Assembly (NCBI GenBank): GCA_047947115.1
Contig: CP170459.1
Span: 4,608,001 to 4,672,000 of the forward strand
DNA length: 64,000 nucleotides
Direction of reading: 5' to 3'
Source of the DNA: Verrucomicrobiota bacterium
GTDB taxonomy: Bacteria > Verrucomicrobiota > Verrucomicrobiia > Limisphaerales > AAA164-E04
Part shown: in pieces, positions 19,870 to 30,389 of the stretch
How the letters are laid out: each line of letters starts with the position of its first letter
Numbering within the stretch: position 1 is the first letter of the stretch
Made by a program: the position numbers and the translations under genes
Notes under the pieces: model-generated
Databases searched by the model: none
What the model saw: only the letters and a program-made list of their open reading frames with translations
Told to the model about the DNA's origin: nothing

Positions 19870-22147
19870 ATTTGCTGCGCCATCGCAAACGAAGTGCGTT
19901 GCCAATCACCAACACATCCGAAAAACCCATGGCAGCCGCACATAGCAGCGGATTCATGAAACCAAACATGGCCAGCGGAATAGCGGCCGCATTGTAGAAA
20001 AAAGCCCAGAACAGATTCTGCTTGATCGTTCGCAAAGTGGCTCGAGCCATGTCAAGGGCTTCCGGAATGGCTTCAATATCCGCCTTCAACAAAAGAATAT
20101 CCGCCGCCTCACGTGCAATGTCGCTCGCACGCGAAACAGCAATTCCCAAGTCTGCCTGCTCCAATGCCGGCGCGTCATTGATGCCGTCGCCGACATAGGC
20201 AACTCGCTCCCCTTTTTGCTGTAATGACCGAATGATGGAAGCCTTGTCCTCCGGTTTCACTTCTGCATGCACACAGCCGGGACTTAAACCCAGTTCATCC
20301 GCAATGGCTTGTCCGGTGCGGTGATGGTCGCCCGTGATGAGATGAATCTGCCAACCGCTGGCCAACAAACGACCCACCACGGCCGCAGCCTTTTGCTTCA
20401 ACGTATCGCGCAAAGCGATGAATCCCAGAGATTCCTTTCCCTTGGCCACACCGACCACCGTAGCGCCCTTGGCCATCCAGTTGTGATGAAACGTATCATC
20501 CCCATTCATAACCACACCGGACTGCTCCAACCATTTCAACGAACCCAATCGATAACTTGAAGTGAGATCCCCCCTGTCGGATTCAAACACAGCCCCCTCA
20601 ACCCCCGCTCCGGCTTTTTCGGTCCACTTTTCAAATAAAAAGGTTTTGTTAGATGCTCCAGTGCTCCAATGACGGGCTATCGCTCGACTGAGTGGGTGTG
20701 TGGATTTCTCAGCCAAGGAAACGGACAGTGATTGAAACTCCTCTTCACTGATGGATTCGGACACTTTCTCAAAGCCGGCCACTCCCGGTTCCCCTTCGGT
20801 CAATGTGCCGGTTTTATCAAATGCGAGAGCGGTGATGGTCCCACTTTTTTCAAGAGCCACGCCGTCCCGTATCAGAATACCTCTGGCGGCTGCGGCATTG
20901 GTCCCGGCCATAATGGCCGCTGGAGTCGCCAACCCCATAGCGCACGGACACGCCACAATCAAGACGGCCACCGAATGGATCAAAGCAGCCGCCAACACGG
21001 TCGGAAAGGCGTGTGTCGTCCATAAAAATGGCTGAAAGGTATCTGCTACCGTCTGCATCCCACCAGGCCAGAACAACCATCCGAACAGGGTGACCACTGC
21101 CAAAAGAACGACTATCGGAACAAAAACAGAACTCACCTGGTCCCCCAATCGTTGTATGTTGGCTCGACTGCTTTGCGCACGTTCCACCACTTGAATGATC
21201 CGGGCAAGAGCCGTTTCCTCTCCCAATCCCGTCACCCTCACCAACATATTACCCTGTCCGTTCAGTGTGGCTGCGTAGATCTTGTCTTCCTTGCTTTTGT
21301 CAACGGGCATGGATTCTCCGGTCAACATCGATTCATTCACGCTGCTGTGCCCTTCGATCACGACACCATCGGTCGGCACTTGATCACCAGGACGAACCTC
21401 AACCAGATCTCCAAGTCGAAGCGATGCCACGTCCACCTCCTGCATGCCCCCGTCCCCCATCCGCTTGCGAGCGCGTTGTGGGGCCAATTGCATCAGTGAT
21501 TGGAGAGCGCTGGTTGCCTTGGCACCGGCACGACCTTCCATCCAATGCCCGAGACTGATCAAGGTGAGAATCCCCACCGTTTCCATGAAATACAAATGTG
21601 CCAACTGTCCTGTCCACCACCCCCATAGACTGAACACATAGGCAGCGGAAGCTCCCAATGATACAAGGGTATCCATATTGGATTGCCCGCGCTTGAGCTG
21701 TTGCCAGGCTCCTTTGAAAAATCGGGAGCCTGAGATTAAGAGAATGGCAGTGGCCAACAGAAGTGAAAACAGGCGATAAGCAGCGTGGGTCCCGAGATCC
21801 AACACCCAGTCCCCTACCATCATGAGAGCGAACGCCGGCAATCCGACGGCAAGGTTCACCCCCCAACCTGACCAGAAACCTCCCGACTTGGATGGCATCC
21901 CGGAGGTAGCATCCGGTTCCTCCAAGGTTCCCTTGAATCCGACCTGATCCAACGCGTCCAGCAACTCGGAGGGCTTGGCTTCGATACCCGCTTCCCAAGT
22001 CACATCTGCGGCCCCGGGCTCAAGCTGCAACCGCACCCGCTGCACACCTGATACATTTTGAAGTGCTTCCGTTGCATGTCGCGCACAGTTCTGGCACGTC
22101 ATGCCGCTGATCGATAAATGGTGCGTGATGGAAGATTTTCCGGACAT
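19868..22147 (-). CDS. copA: Copper-translocating P1B-type ATPase
   Basis: HMA motif GMTCQNC, TGES, ACPCAMGLATP, DKTGT, HP motif, GDGINDAP, WAFFYN and MGFSD (Cu+ P1B-1-like). Confidence 0.9.
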   Translation of the reverse strand: MSGKSSITHHLSISGMTCQNCARHATEALQNVSGVQRVRLQLEPGAADVTWEAGIEAKPSELLDALDQVGFKGTLEEPDATSGMPSKSGGFWSGWGVNLAVGLPAFALMMVGDWVLDLGTHAAYRLFSLLLATAILLISGSRFFKGAWQQLKRGQSNMDTLVSLGASAAYVFSLWGWWTGQLAHLYFMETVGILTLISLGHWMEGRAGAKATSALQSLMQLAPQRARKRMGDGGMQEVDVASLRLGDLVEVRPGDQVPTDGVVIEGHSSVNESMLTGESMPVDKSKEDKIYAATLNGQGNMLVRVTGLGEETALARIIQVVERAQSSRANIQRLGDQVSSVFVPIVVLLAVVTLFGWLFWPGGMQTVADTFQPFLWTTHAFPTVLAAALIHSVAVLIVACPCAMGLATPAAIMAGTNAAAARGILIRDGVALEKSGTITALAFDKTGTLTEGEPGVAGFEKVSESISEEEFQSLSVSLAEKSTHPLSRAIARHWSTGASNKTFLFEKWTEKAGAGVEGAVFESDRGDLTSSYRLGSLKWLEQSGVVMNGDDTFHHNWMAKGATVVGVAKGKESLGFIALRDTLKQKAAAVVGRLLASGWQIHLITGDHHRTGQAIADELGLSPGCVHAEVKPEDKASIIRSLQQKGERVAYVGDGINDAPALEQADLGIAVSRASDIAREAADILLLKADIEAIPEALDMARATLRTIKQNLFWAFFYNAAAIPLAMFGFMNPLLCAAAMGFSDVLVIGNALRLRWRSK

Positions 22148-22220
22148 ATAACTACTGCATACGCTACATACGCAGGGAAATCAAAGAAGTTGTTCAGGAA
22201 AGCACCCCGCCTCCCCCACT

Positions 22221-23828
22221 CTACCGTGGGCGTGTGCGTGCGGATCGAATCTGAGTTTCCTGAGGATACTTGTTACGAGCGGGTGAATCCCAAATACTCT
22301 CATCCGTATCATCGTAAAACTCACGCGTTTTCCAGAATCGCTCCTGGAGTGCCGACAGCAAGGAAGCGTAGTCGGCATTTTTGGCCAAATTGTTCATTTC
22401 TTTGGGATCCTTCGCCAAATCGAACAGTTCCCAGCGATTTTCTGATTCCGCCGTGTTCCGTGGATGATCGAAGTAGAGCAACTTGTGTGTGTCAGTTCGA
22501 ATGGCGCTGTGCTTGGGCATGCCGTGTCCACCGTCAACGTAACGATAGTAGATGGTGTCTCGCCATCCAGCAGGTGTCACGCCTCCGTTGGTCAGGATCG
22601 GCAAGAAACTGATCCCATGAACATCCCAATCCGTCTGGATCCCTGCGGCCGCTAAAAAGGTCGGGGCATAATCGATGTTCTGCACCATGGCTTTGGCGCG
22701 GGTTCCTGGTGTCACCTTTCCGGGCCAACGGACAATCAATGGCATTTTCAAGGATTCCTCATAGGCCCAGCGTTTGTCGAACCATCCATGTTCACCCAAA
22801 TAAAACCCCTGATCGGCGCAATACACGACAAGGGTGTTCTTGCTCAACCCCAGCTCATCGAGTCGATCCAACACACGCCCGACGTTCCTATCCACTCCCG
22901 CCACACAACGCAGATAGTTTCGCATGTAACGCTGGTATTTCCACCTCACCAAATCCTTGCCGGTGGGTGGATTGGCCAGGAAATGCTTGTTTTCTTCCTC
23001 GAATGCCGCGACGTAAGCTTTCCGCTGGGCATCCGTCAGGCGATTGACGACATTCAAGTCGCTTTCTGTATCAAACAACATCAAATCGCTTGCCATCCGC
23101 ATATCGGCATCAATTCCCATCTTATGATTTGCAGCCGAAACGCGCGTCTTGTAGTCGTCGAACAAACTGTCTGGTTCGGGAAATACGGTATCCTTGTAAA
23201 GTTCCAGCTCCTTGAGGCTTGGCTTCCAATTGCGATGAGGTGCCTTGTGCTGCACCATCAGGGCAAATGGCTTGGATTTGTCGCGCTTATCCAGCCATTC
23301 CAACGCGATGTCGGTCACCACTTCCGTGGAATGACCTTCAATGCGACGACTTCCGGTGGCACTGTAAAGGTCCGGATTGTAATAACTCCCCTGTCCGCTG
23401 AACACTTCCCAGGCATCAAATCCGGTTGGCTTGGTCTTCATGTGCCATTTGCCAAAAATCGCAGTGGTGTAGCCGTTCTTTTGAAGTGCTTTTGGCCAGG
23501 TTGGCCGATCAGGATCCAACGCACCGGCAAGATTCACAATTCCGTTTTTATGGCTATGCAGTCCTGTCATCACCGTAGCTCTGGAAGGTGTGCAGATGCT
23601 GTTCCCGCAGAAACTGTTTTCAAACAACATTCCTTCCTTGGCAATCCGGTCAATATTGGGCGTGGGTGGCAGGTCCAAGCCGTAGTTGTAAGCGGAGATG
23701 GCCTGGGTCGTCAGGTCATCGCTGAAGAAGAACAGGATATTGGGACGCTCCTGCTCCCCTCGAACAGGCAGGCATCCAAGCACGACAAACATCAAAGCGT
23801 AGAATCGTAACCGGGTGATCATCGTCAA
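22221..23828 (-). CDS. Formylglycine-dependent (S1) sulfatase, N-acetylglucosamine-6-sulfatase-like
   Basis: Signal peptide, RPNILFFFSDD, CTPSRATVMTG, HKAPHRNW, DQGFYLGEHGWFDKR. Confidence 0.92.
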   Translation of the reverse strand: MTMITRLRFYALMFVVLGCLPVRGEQERPNILFFFSDDLTTQAISAYNYGLDLPPTPNIDRIAKEGMLFENSFCGNSICTPSRATVMTGLHSHKNGIVNLAGALDPDRPTWPKALQKNGYTTAIFGKWHMKTKPTGFDAWEVFSGQGSYYNPDLYSATGSRRIEGHSTEVVTDIALEWLDKRDKSKPFALMVQHKAPHRNWKPSLKELELYKDTVFPEPDSLFDDYKTRVSAANHKMGIDADMRMASDLMLFDTESDLNVVNRLTDAQRKAYVAAFEEENKHFLANPPTGKDLVRWKYQRYMRNYLRCVAGVDRNVGRVLDRLDELGLSKNTLVVYCADQGFYLGEHGWFDKRWAYEESLKMPLIVRWPGKVTPGTRAKAMVQNIDYAPTFLAAAGIQTDWDVHGISFLPILTNGGVTPAGWRDTIYYRYVDGGHGMPKHSAIRTDTHKLLYFDHPRNTAESENRWELFDLAKDPKEMNNLAKNADYASLLSALQERFWKTREFYDDTDESIWDSPARNKYPQETQIRSARTRPR

Positions 23829-23931
23829 AGCCTATAAAAAGATCAGATTTCCGAAAGGAAAAATTCGCGGGATCACTCGAAACGTGGCTCGTGACAATGG
23901 CCAAGTATCCTTCCAACAAGACAAGCCTCAC

Positions 23932-24113
23932 CTGGACTGCGGTGAGCATCACCGCTCTGGATATGCCAGGGAAACGTTGTGACCCTCTTAAGCCCAGATC
24001 AATCCAATCCTCATGCCGGAAACTCCTCACGTGAAAGTTCACGCCAGTGAAACTTGAACACAACCCGCGTCTCCGTACCGCATCCAAAGCTCCGATATCT
24101 CGGAGCACTCCAG
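23932..24113. repeat. REP-doublet (REPIN-like) element, copy A of a dispersed family
   Basis: Left arm CTGGACTGC[GGTG-agcat-CACC]GCTCTGGAT and inverted right arm ATCCAAAGC[TCCG-atatct-CGGA]GCACTCCAG. The left arm and its flank recur inverted at 62286-62334. Confidence 0.7.
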
Positions 24114-24177
24114 AGAAGCATTTGCCGTATCCCTAGCAGCTACTCTTTGAAAAGCTGCCAGGAACCCCTCAATTGTG

Positions 24178-24558
24178 TCAATCTTTGGCACCTGCGGTTT
24201 CTTCATCCAGAGGAAGACGCAGCAGATAAGTAGAAACCCCAATCCCGACCGCCAACAGAATCAGCAGCAACCACCACCGATCCTGAACAAACCAGGCAGA
24301 TATCATCAGTGTGCTCCACAGAATCAGGATCGTCTTGTTGCGGGCCTTGCGGGGAATACCGTGCCCCCCCTGATACCGCCGAATGGTTTCGCCAAACCAG
24401 GGATGATTCAGCAGCCACGTATGAATCCTTTTGGAACCCCTCGCATAACACGCCGCCGCCAACAACAAAAACGGTGTGGTCGGCAACAATGGCAGGAACA
24501 TTCCCATCACCCCCAGCCCTACAAAGAGCGATCCCAATCCAATAAACAGGTATTGCAT
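24178..24558 (-). CDS. YbaN family (DUF454) membrane protein
   Basis: LPLLPTTPFLLLAAACYARGS..HTWLLNHPWFG. Confidence 0.9.
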   Translation of the reverse strand: MQYLFIGLGSLFVGLGVMGMFLPLLPTTPFLLLAAACYARGSKRIHTWLLNHPWFGETIRRYQGGHGIPRKARNKTILILWSTLMISAWFVQDRWWLLLILLAVGIGVSTYLLRLPLDEETAGAKD

Positions 24559-24605
24559 GCTTTTTCTTCTCTAATCGGTCCGTCTGCGTTAATTTTTGAA
24601 CCACC

Positions 24606-25805
24606 ATGAACAACATCCATACGGAGCGTATCTTTCAGGCCCTGGACGGACTGGACATTGAGCTGCCTTCCTGGGGTTTTGCCGACACCGGAACACGGTT
24701 CGGAAAATTCCATCAGGACGCAGCCGCCATCGATATTTACGACAAAATCAAGGATGCTGCAACCGTTCACCGCCTGACCGGGGCATGCTCCACCATGGCT
24801 GTCCACGTTCTCTGGGATTTCAATGAAGAGCAAACACCTGCTACGGTCACCCGGGCAGCCACATCCGAAAGCATCCGCATCGGCAGCATCAACCCGAACC
24901 TGTTTCAAGATCAGGTCTACAAACTGGGCTCTTTTGGCAACCCGGATACCGGCATTCAAAACCAGGCCCTTCAACATTGTCTGGACAGTATTGACATCGC
25001 CACCCAATGCGACAGCCGGATCATCACCCTTTGGTTTGCCGACGGCACCAATTATCCGGGCCAGGATGACATACGGCGCAGGAAACGAGTCTTCGAGCAA
25101 CACCTCCAACGCTGTCACGAATCTCTTTCAGAGGACCAAACCCTACTGATCGAATACAAACCCTTTGAGCCCGCTTTTTATCATACCGACATTGCGGACT
25201 GGGGCATGTCCCTCCAACTGGCTCAAAAAACGGGATCACAAGCCAAGGTGCTGGTAGATACCGGTCACCATTACGCCTCGCAGAACATCGAGCAGATTGT
25301 CGCATGGCTTTTGGATGAAGGGCGTCTTGGCGGATTTCATTTCAATGACCGGCGTTACGCGGACGATGACCTGACACTGGGGTCCATCGATCCTTACCAG
25401 GTCTTTCGCATCTTCGCCGAGATTCATGGCTACGCTCACGACACCGGCAGCGCTCCCGAAATTGCTTATATGGTCGATCAATCGCACAACCTGAAGCCCA
25501 AAATCCAGGCCATGATCCAGACAGTCACCTGGGCACAGGAACTCTATGCCAAAGCGGCGCTGGTGGATTTCAACAAGCTGCGACAATATCAATCCACAGG
25601 AGACATCATCGAGGCCGAGCAATGCCTTCAACGTGCTTTCATGACCGATGTCACCGGTGCCATCAAGGACTGGCGCAACCAACACAAACTCCCGGAAAAC
25701 CCCCTTCAATCTTATCGGGAAAGTGGTCATGAACAAACCATCGCCAAGGAACGGAAAGAACGCCGTGCCCAACTTGGATTGAGCAGCGCCAGTTCCTACG
25801 CCTGA
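24606..25805 (+). CDS. rhaI: L-rhamnose isomerase (RhaI type)
   Basis: IELPSWGFADTGTRFGKF, NPNLFQ, WFADGTNYPGQ, EYKPFEPAFYHTD, VDTGHH, GGFHFND..DDDL, MVDQSHN. Confidence 0.85.
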   Translation: MNNIHTERIFQALDGLDIELPSWGFADTGTRFGKFHQDAAAIDIYDKIKDAATVHRLTGACSTMAVHVLWDFNEEQTPATVTRAATSESIRIGSINPNLFQDQVYKLGSFGNPDTGIQNQALQHCLDSIDIATQCDSRIITLWFADGTNYPGQDDIRRRKRVFEQHLQRCHESLSEDQTLLIEYKPFEPAFYHTDIADWGMSLQLAQKTGSQAKVLVDTGHHYASQNIEQIVAWLLDEGRLGGFHFNDRRYADDDLTLGSIDPYQVFRIFAEIHGYAHDTGSAPEIAYMVDQSHNLKPKIQAMIQTVTWAQELYAKAALVDFNKLRQYQSTGDIIEAEQCLQRAFMTDVTGAIKDWRNQHKLPENPLQSYRESGHEQTIAKERKERRAQLGLSSASSYA

Positions 25806-25811
25806 CCTTTC

Positions 25812-27329
25812 ATGGAACCACTCCGAGCCGTTCATCTCAGTAAATCCTACGGAGGCACTCATGCCCTCAAGGACGTGTCCCTGGACATTCGTCCGGGCGA
25901 AGTGCACGCCCTCTGCGGCGAAAATGGGGCGGGCAAATCCACCCTGATCAAGATCCTGAGTGGCGTCCTCCTGCCCAACGAAGGAACTGTCCAATGGAAT
26001 GAAACACCCTTGCCACTGGGTCGTGTCCATTCGGTGGAAGCGCATGGCATCCTGACCGTTCATCAGGAACCGGTGGTTTTCCCGCATCTCAACGCGGTGG
26101 ACAACTTGTTTGTCGGGCGCGAACCCGCCGCACTCGGGGGAGCCTGGCTGGATCAATCCACCATGCGAAAAAAAGCCCGCGCAATCCTTGCCAACCTTGG
26201 AGAGGAGCTGCCCCTGACGCAGCCCGTTGGCGACATGTCGCTCGCGCAACGTCAAATGGTCAGCATCGCCCGCGCCCTGTTGCACCAGTGCCGCATCCTG
26301 ATTCTGGACGAACCCACCGCTTCCCTTTCCGCTCGCGAAAGTGAATCGCTGTTTGAAAAGGTCAACACACTGAAACAACAGGGAGTAGGCATTCTCTATG
26401 TCAGTCATCGATTGGAAGAAATATTCAGACTGGCGGATCGTGTGACTGTCTTGCGCGACGGAACCTGGGTCGCCACCTCGGACATCGCATCCCTGAACCA
26501 GGAAGCATTGATCCAGCACATGGTGGGCAGGGACATCACCTCAAAACCCGGGAGTGGCACAGCTCCAGATGAAAGCAAGAATCGCCCCCCTATCCTTGAG
26601 ATCAAAAACCTGTCACGTGAAGGAGTGTTCCAGAAAATTTCATTTAAGATTCAACCTGGTGAAATCCTGGGCATGTCCGGGCTGGTTGGCGCGGGGCGTT
26701 CAGAGATCGCGAGGGCCATTTTCGGCATTGATCCTTTTGATGCGGGTGAGATCGTTTACCTGCGCAAGCCTGTGCCCAAAGGATTCACCATTCAGGACAC
26801 CATCCAGGCAGGGATGGCCATGGTGCCGGAAGACCGACAGCAACAGGGACTCGTCCTGCCGCTGTCCGTCGAAACCAATTTATTACTGCCTTCATTAAGA
26901 GAGTTTCAAGGCCCATTGGGCTTAAAAACGAAGGCTATGCGCTCCACAGGAAAGGCATTGATCGAAAAAATGGGCATCAAGACCGAGACCCCGGCACACC
27001 CGGCTCATTCACTTTCCGGCGGTAATCAACAAAAAATCGTTATTGGGAAATGGGTCCATCGTCTCCCGAAGCTGTTCATCCTCGATGAACCCACCCGAGG
27101 CGTGGATGTCGGAGCCAAACATGAGGTACACCGGCTCATCCGCGAACTCGCGGCACAAGGTTCTGCTGTTTTGTTGATCTCCTCGGAACTTCCGGAAATC
27201 CTTTCTCTAAGCCATCGCATCCTGGTTCTGTGTGAAGGAACCATCCGGGGCGAACTCAAAGCAAATGAGGCAACTCAGGAACAACTCTTGAAACTCGCCC
27301 TCCCTGAAGAGGCAAGGAGGTCGGCATGA
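25812..27329 (+). CDS. Sugar (probably rhamnose) ABC transporter ATP-binding protein
   Basis: Double ABC domain: GENGAGKST, LDEPTASL, LSGGNQQK, LDEPTRGVDVGAK. Confidence 0.92.
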   Translation: MEPLRAVHLSKSYGGTHALKDVSLDIRPGEVHALCGENGAGKSTLIKILSGVLLPNEGTVQWNETPLPLGRVHSVEAHGILTVHQEPVVFPHLNAVDNLFVGREPAALGGAWLDQSTMRKKARAILANLGEELPLTQPVGDMSLAQRQMVSIARALLHQCRILILDEPTASLSARESESLFEKVNTLKQQGVGILYVSHRLEEIFRLADRVTVLRDGTWVATSDIASLNQEALIQHMVGRDITSKPGSGTAPDESKNRPPILEIKNLSREGVFQKISFKIQPGEILGMSGLVGAGRSEIARAIFGIDPFDAGEIVYLRKPVPKGFTIQDTIQAGMAMVPEDRQQQGLVLPLSVETNLLLPSLREFQGPLGLKTKAMRSTGKALIEKMGIKTETPAHPAHSLSGGNQQKIVIGKWVHRLPKLFILDEPTRGVDVGAKHEVHRLIRELAAQGSAVLLISSELPEILSLSHRILVLCEGTIRGELKANEATQEQLLKLALPEEARRSA

Positions 27330-28330
27330 CGGACGCAACAAGTACCCACACAACACCTCCCCTAAAACGTGCACTGATCTATCTTTTGAGTCATCGAGCA
27401 GCCGGATTGTTCCTGTTCATCGTGCTGCTGCTTGGAATCGTCAGCGTGATGAACCCTGCATTCCTGGAAACCCAAAACATCAAGGATATCGCCGTTCAAG
27501 CAGCTCCGGTCTGCATCATCAGTTGCGGGTTGATGCTGGTGCTGGTTTCCGGGGAAATAGATATTTCCGTCGGTTCCATGATGGGGCTCCTGGCAGCATG
27601 CATGGGAGCGATGGTGTCCGAATCACGCGGTCACCTTCCCCCGGGCATGGCCATTGTTCTGACACTGGGCATCGGTGTCGTCATTGGACTGTTAAACGGT
27701 TGGCTGGTGGCTTATGCCGGGGTGCCCTCCATCATCGTGACGCTGGGCATGCTCACCGCGCTTCGTGGTGTCACGGAAATCGTGATGGGAGGTTCCTGGA
27801 TCACTGACCTACCGGACGGCATCCGTTTCCTCGGAACCGGCGCCTTCATGGGAATCCCCATCAGTCTATGGACCGCTTTGACCGTGATCCTGGTTTCATT
27901 GTGGCTGGTGCATCGAACCGCGATCGGACGTCGTATCTACGCGATCGGCAGCAACCCGCACGCCGCCTACCTGGCGGGGCTCCCCATCAAACCCCTCAAG
28001 CTTTTTGTCTTTGCCTGGACCGGTTTCCTCACCGGAGTAGCCACTCTGGTCAGTGTCCCTCAGCTATCCGTGGTCGATTCGGGCATCGGGGTGGGCCTTG
28101 AATTGTTGGTGGTCACCTGCGTCGTCGTCGGCGGAACGGCGGTGAGCGGTGGATTGGGCAACCTCAGCGGAGTGCTTTGTGGGGTCATCCTGATGACGAT
28201 GATCTCCACCGTGCTCATCTTCATGAAACTCGGCGAAAACGCCACCTACTGGTCACGGGCTATTCAGGGATTGTTCATTCTGGGAGCCATCATCGCGGAT
28301 CACTGGATTTCACGTCAACGGAAGTCATGA
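27326..28330 (+). CDS. Sugar ABC transporter permease (RbsC-like)
   Basis: GEIDISVGS, IVTLGML, GRRIYAIGSNPHAA, VVVGGT. Confidence 0.9.
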   Translation: MTDATSTHTTPPLKRALIYLLSHRAAGLFLFIVLLLGIVSVMNPAFLETQNIKDIAVQAAPVCIISCGLMLVLVSGEIDISVGSMMGLLAACMGAMVSESRGHLPPGMAIVLTLGIGVVIGLLNGWLVAYAGVPSIIVTLGMLTALRGVTEIVMGGSWITDLPDGIRFLGTGAFMGIPISLWTALTVILVSLWLVHRTAIGRRIYAIGSNPHAAYLAGLPIKPLKLFVFAWTGFLTGVATLVSVPQLSVVDSGIGVGLELLVVTCVVVGGTAVSGGLGNLSGVLCGVILMTMISTVLIFMKLGENATYWSRAIQGLFILGAIIADHWISRQRKS

Positions 28331-29283
28331 AACAGCGCATCCTCAACATGATTTGGCAGCCGGAGACGTTTCTCATCGTTCTGATCGGAATCCTATTGAC
28401 AGCCATGGGACGGCTCGACGCGTCCTTTTTGCAGTGGGAAGTCCAGCGGGCACTTTCCTCCCATGTCTGGGAACTGGCCATCATCGCCATCCCGATGACC
28501 TTGATCATCCTGACCGCCGGCATCGATTTGTCGGTGGGTTCGGTGATGGGACTAAGCGCCATCACCACCGGCATGCTTTTTCAAAAAGGACTGCCCCTTC
28601 CCCTGGCCTGCTCAGCTTCACTGCTGGTGGGAATTTTTTGCGGTTTCCTGAACGGATGGTTCATCACCCGCATGAAGGTGCATCCTTTGATCATCACACT
28701 GGCCACCATGGCGGCCTATCGGGGAATGGCCGAAGGCATCAGTCACGCCAAGCCTGTTTCCGGATTCCCGGACTCCTTCACCTGGCTGGGGCAAGGTGAC
28801 TGGTTTGGACTCCCCGTCGCGGCATGGGTTTTCGCGGTGATGGTTGGAATCGTCCTCTGGATGATGCACGGTCGGGCTTTCGGTGTCGGCATCTGCGCAA
28901 TCGGACACAATGAAACCGCCACCCGTTTTTCAGGACTACGAGTGGATCGTTATCTGGTCACGCTCTACACCTTCTCCGGGTTCGCCTCGGCGCTGGCGGC
29001 AGTGTTGTTCGTGGCCCGTCGCAACACCGCAAAAGCCGATGCGGGCATGGGAATGGAACTCGGTGTCATCACGGCGGTGGTCATTGGAGGTGTGAGCATT
29101 TTCGGTGGACGGGGCACCTTGATCGGGGCCTGCCTGGGTGTGTTGTTGATTCATGAAACCCGTGAATTTGTCAGTTGGCATTGGAACCGGGACGAATTGA
29201 ACCTTCTGGCGCTGGGGATTCTGCTGATTCTTTCGGTTGTCTTCCAAAAACTTTTACGCCATAAACAGGGCTCAGCCATATGA
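28327..29283 (+). CDS. Sugar ABC transporter permease (RbsC-like)
   Basis: AGIDLSVGS, LIITLAT, AIGHNE, ELGVITAVVIGGVSIFGGRG. Start revised to ATG 28327 (ATGA overlap). Confidence 0.9.
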   Translation: MKQRILNMIWQPETFLIVLIGILLTAMGRLDASFLQWEVQRALSSHVWELAIIAIPMTLIILTAGIDLSVGSVMGLSAITTGMLFQKGLPLPLACSASLLVGIFCGFLNGWFITRMKVHPLIITLATMAAYRGMAEGISHAKPVSGFPDSFTWLGQGDWFGLPVAAWVFAVMVGIVLWMMHGRAFGVGICAIGHNETATRFSGLRVDRYLVTLYTFSGFASALAAVLFVARRNTAKADAGMGMELGVITAVVIGGVSIFGGRGTLIGACLGVLLIHETREFVSWHWNRDELNLLALGILLILSVVFQKLLRHKQGSAI

Positions 29284-30347
29284 AATCGAGTCGACAAAAC
29301 ATTTCCAAAGGATGGATCACCGCAGCTTTCACCGCCGTTTTGGCGGTTTTCCTCACAGCCTGCGGTCCCGGTGCTTCCAACAACGAATCCTCGAACGCAT
29401 CCGCATCCTCCGATAAAAATGGCTCCAAAAAGATCACCATCTGCCTGATTCCCAAAAAGAAAGGATTACCGTATTTCACATCCTGCGCCGCCGGAGCGGA
29501 ATTGGCGGCTGCCGATCTGGGAAATGTGGAATTAATCTACGACGGCCCCACCGATGGCTCCCCCGAAAAACAGGCATCGATGATCGAACAATACACATTG
29601 AAAGGCGTCGATGTGATTGCCGTCTCTCCCAACGATCCCGATGTGGTCGCGCCGGCCATGCGCAAGGCACGCGAAAAAGGCATCAAGGTAATTTCCTGGG
29701 ATGCGGACGCGGTGCAGGATGCGCGTGATTACTTTGTCAATCAGGCGACCGCACAGGCCATCGCACACGGTATGGTCGACACCATGGTTTCGGACATCGG
29801 CGGACCGGACGTCAAGGCCGAGGTTGCCATCGTCACCGCTTACCTGACCGCTGCGAACCAGAATGTCTGGATCCAGCACATGAAAACCCACATCGCCGAC
29901 ACCTACCCGAATCTCAACCTGGTTGCCATCAAACCATCCGATGAGGATCAAAAACTTGCGTTCAAGGTCACTCAGGACCTGATGAAAGCCTACCCCGACA
30001 TCAAAGGATTCTTTGGCATCAGTTCCGTCTCATTCCCCGGCGCTGCAGAGGCGGTCAAGCAAGCTGGAAAATCCGGAGAGGTCATGGTCACCGGGCTCGC
30101 CACACCCAACAGCATGAAATCCTATGTCAAGGACGGCACGGTCAAATCAGTCGTGCTCTGGAACACTTCCGAGCTTGGCTATCTGACCGTTATGGTGGGT
30201 GAAGCGTTGGCAACAGGTAAACTCTCTTCAGGTGCCACATCCTTCGATGCCGGTAAGCTCGGTGAAAAGAAAATCGATGGTGATCACGTCCTGCTCGGAG
30301 ACATTCTGGTGTTTAATCAGGAAAACATCGATCAATACGATTTCTAG
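29280..30347 (+). CDS. Sugar ABC transporter substrate-binding lipoprotein (RhaS/LsrB-like)
   Basis: Lipobox LTAC, IPKKKGLPYF, VISWDAD, AANQNVWI, VTGLATPN, VLWN..LGY. Confidence 0.88.
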   Translation: MKSSRQNISKGWITAAFTAVLAVFLTACGPGASNNESSNASASSDKNGSKKITICLIPKKKGLPYFTSCAAGAELAAADLGNVELIYDGPTDGSPEKQASMIEQYTLKGVDVIAVSPNDPDVVAPAMRKAREKGIKVISWDADAVQDARDYFVNQATAQAIAHGMVDTMVSDIGGPDVKAEVAIVTAYLTAANQNVWIQHMKTHIADTYPNLNLVAIKPSDEDQKLAFKVTQDLMKAYPDIKGFFGISSVSFPGAAEAVKQAGKSGEVMVTGLATPNSMKSYVKDGTVKSVVLWNTSELGYLTVMVGEALATGKLSSGATSFDAGKLGEKKIDGDHVLLGDILVFNQENIDQYDF

Positions 30348-30389
30348 TCCAACCACTCTCCCCCCGCTTAACCAGCAAACCAAACCGGT

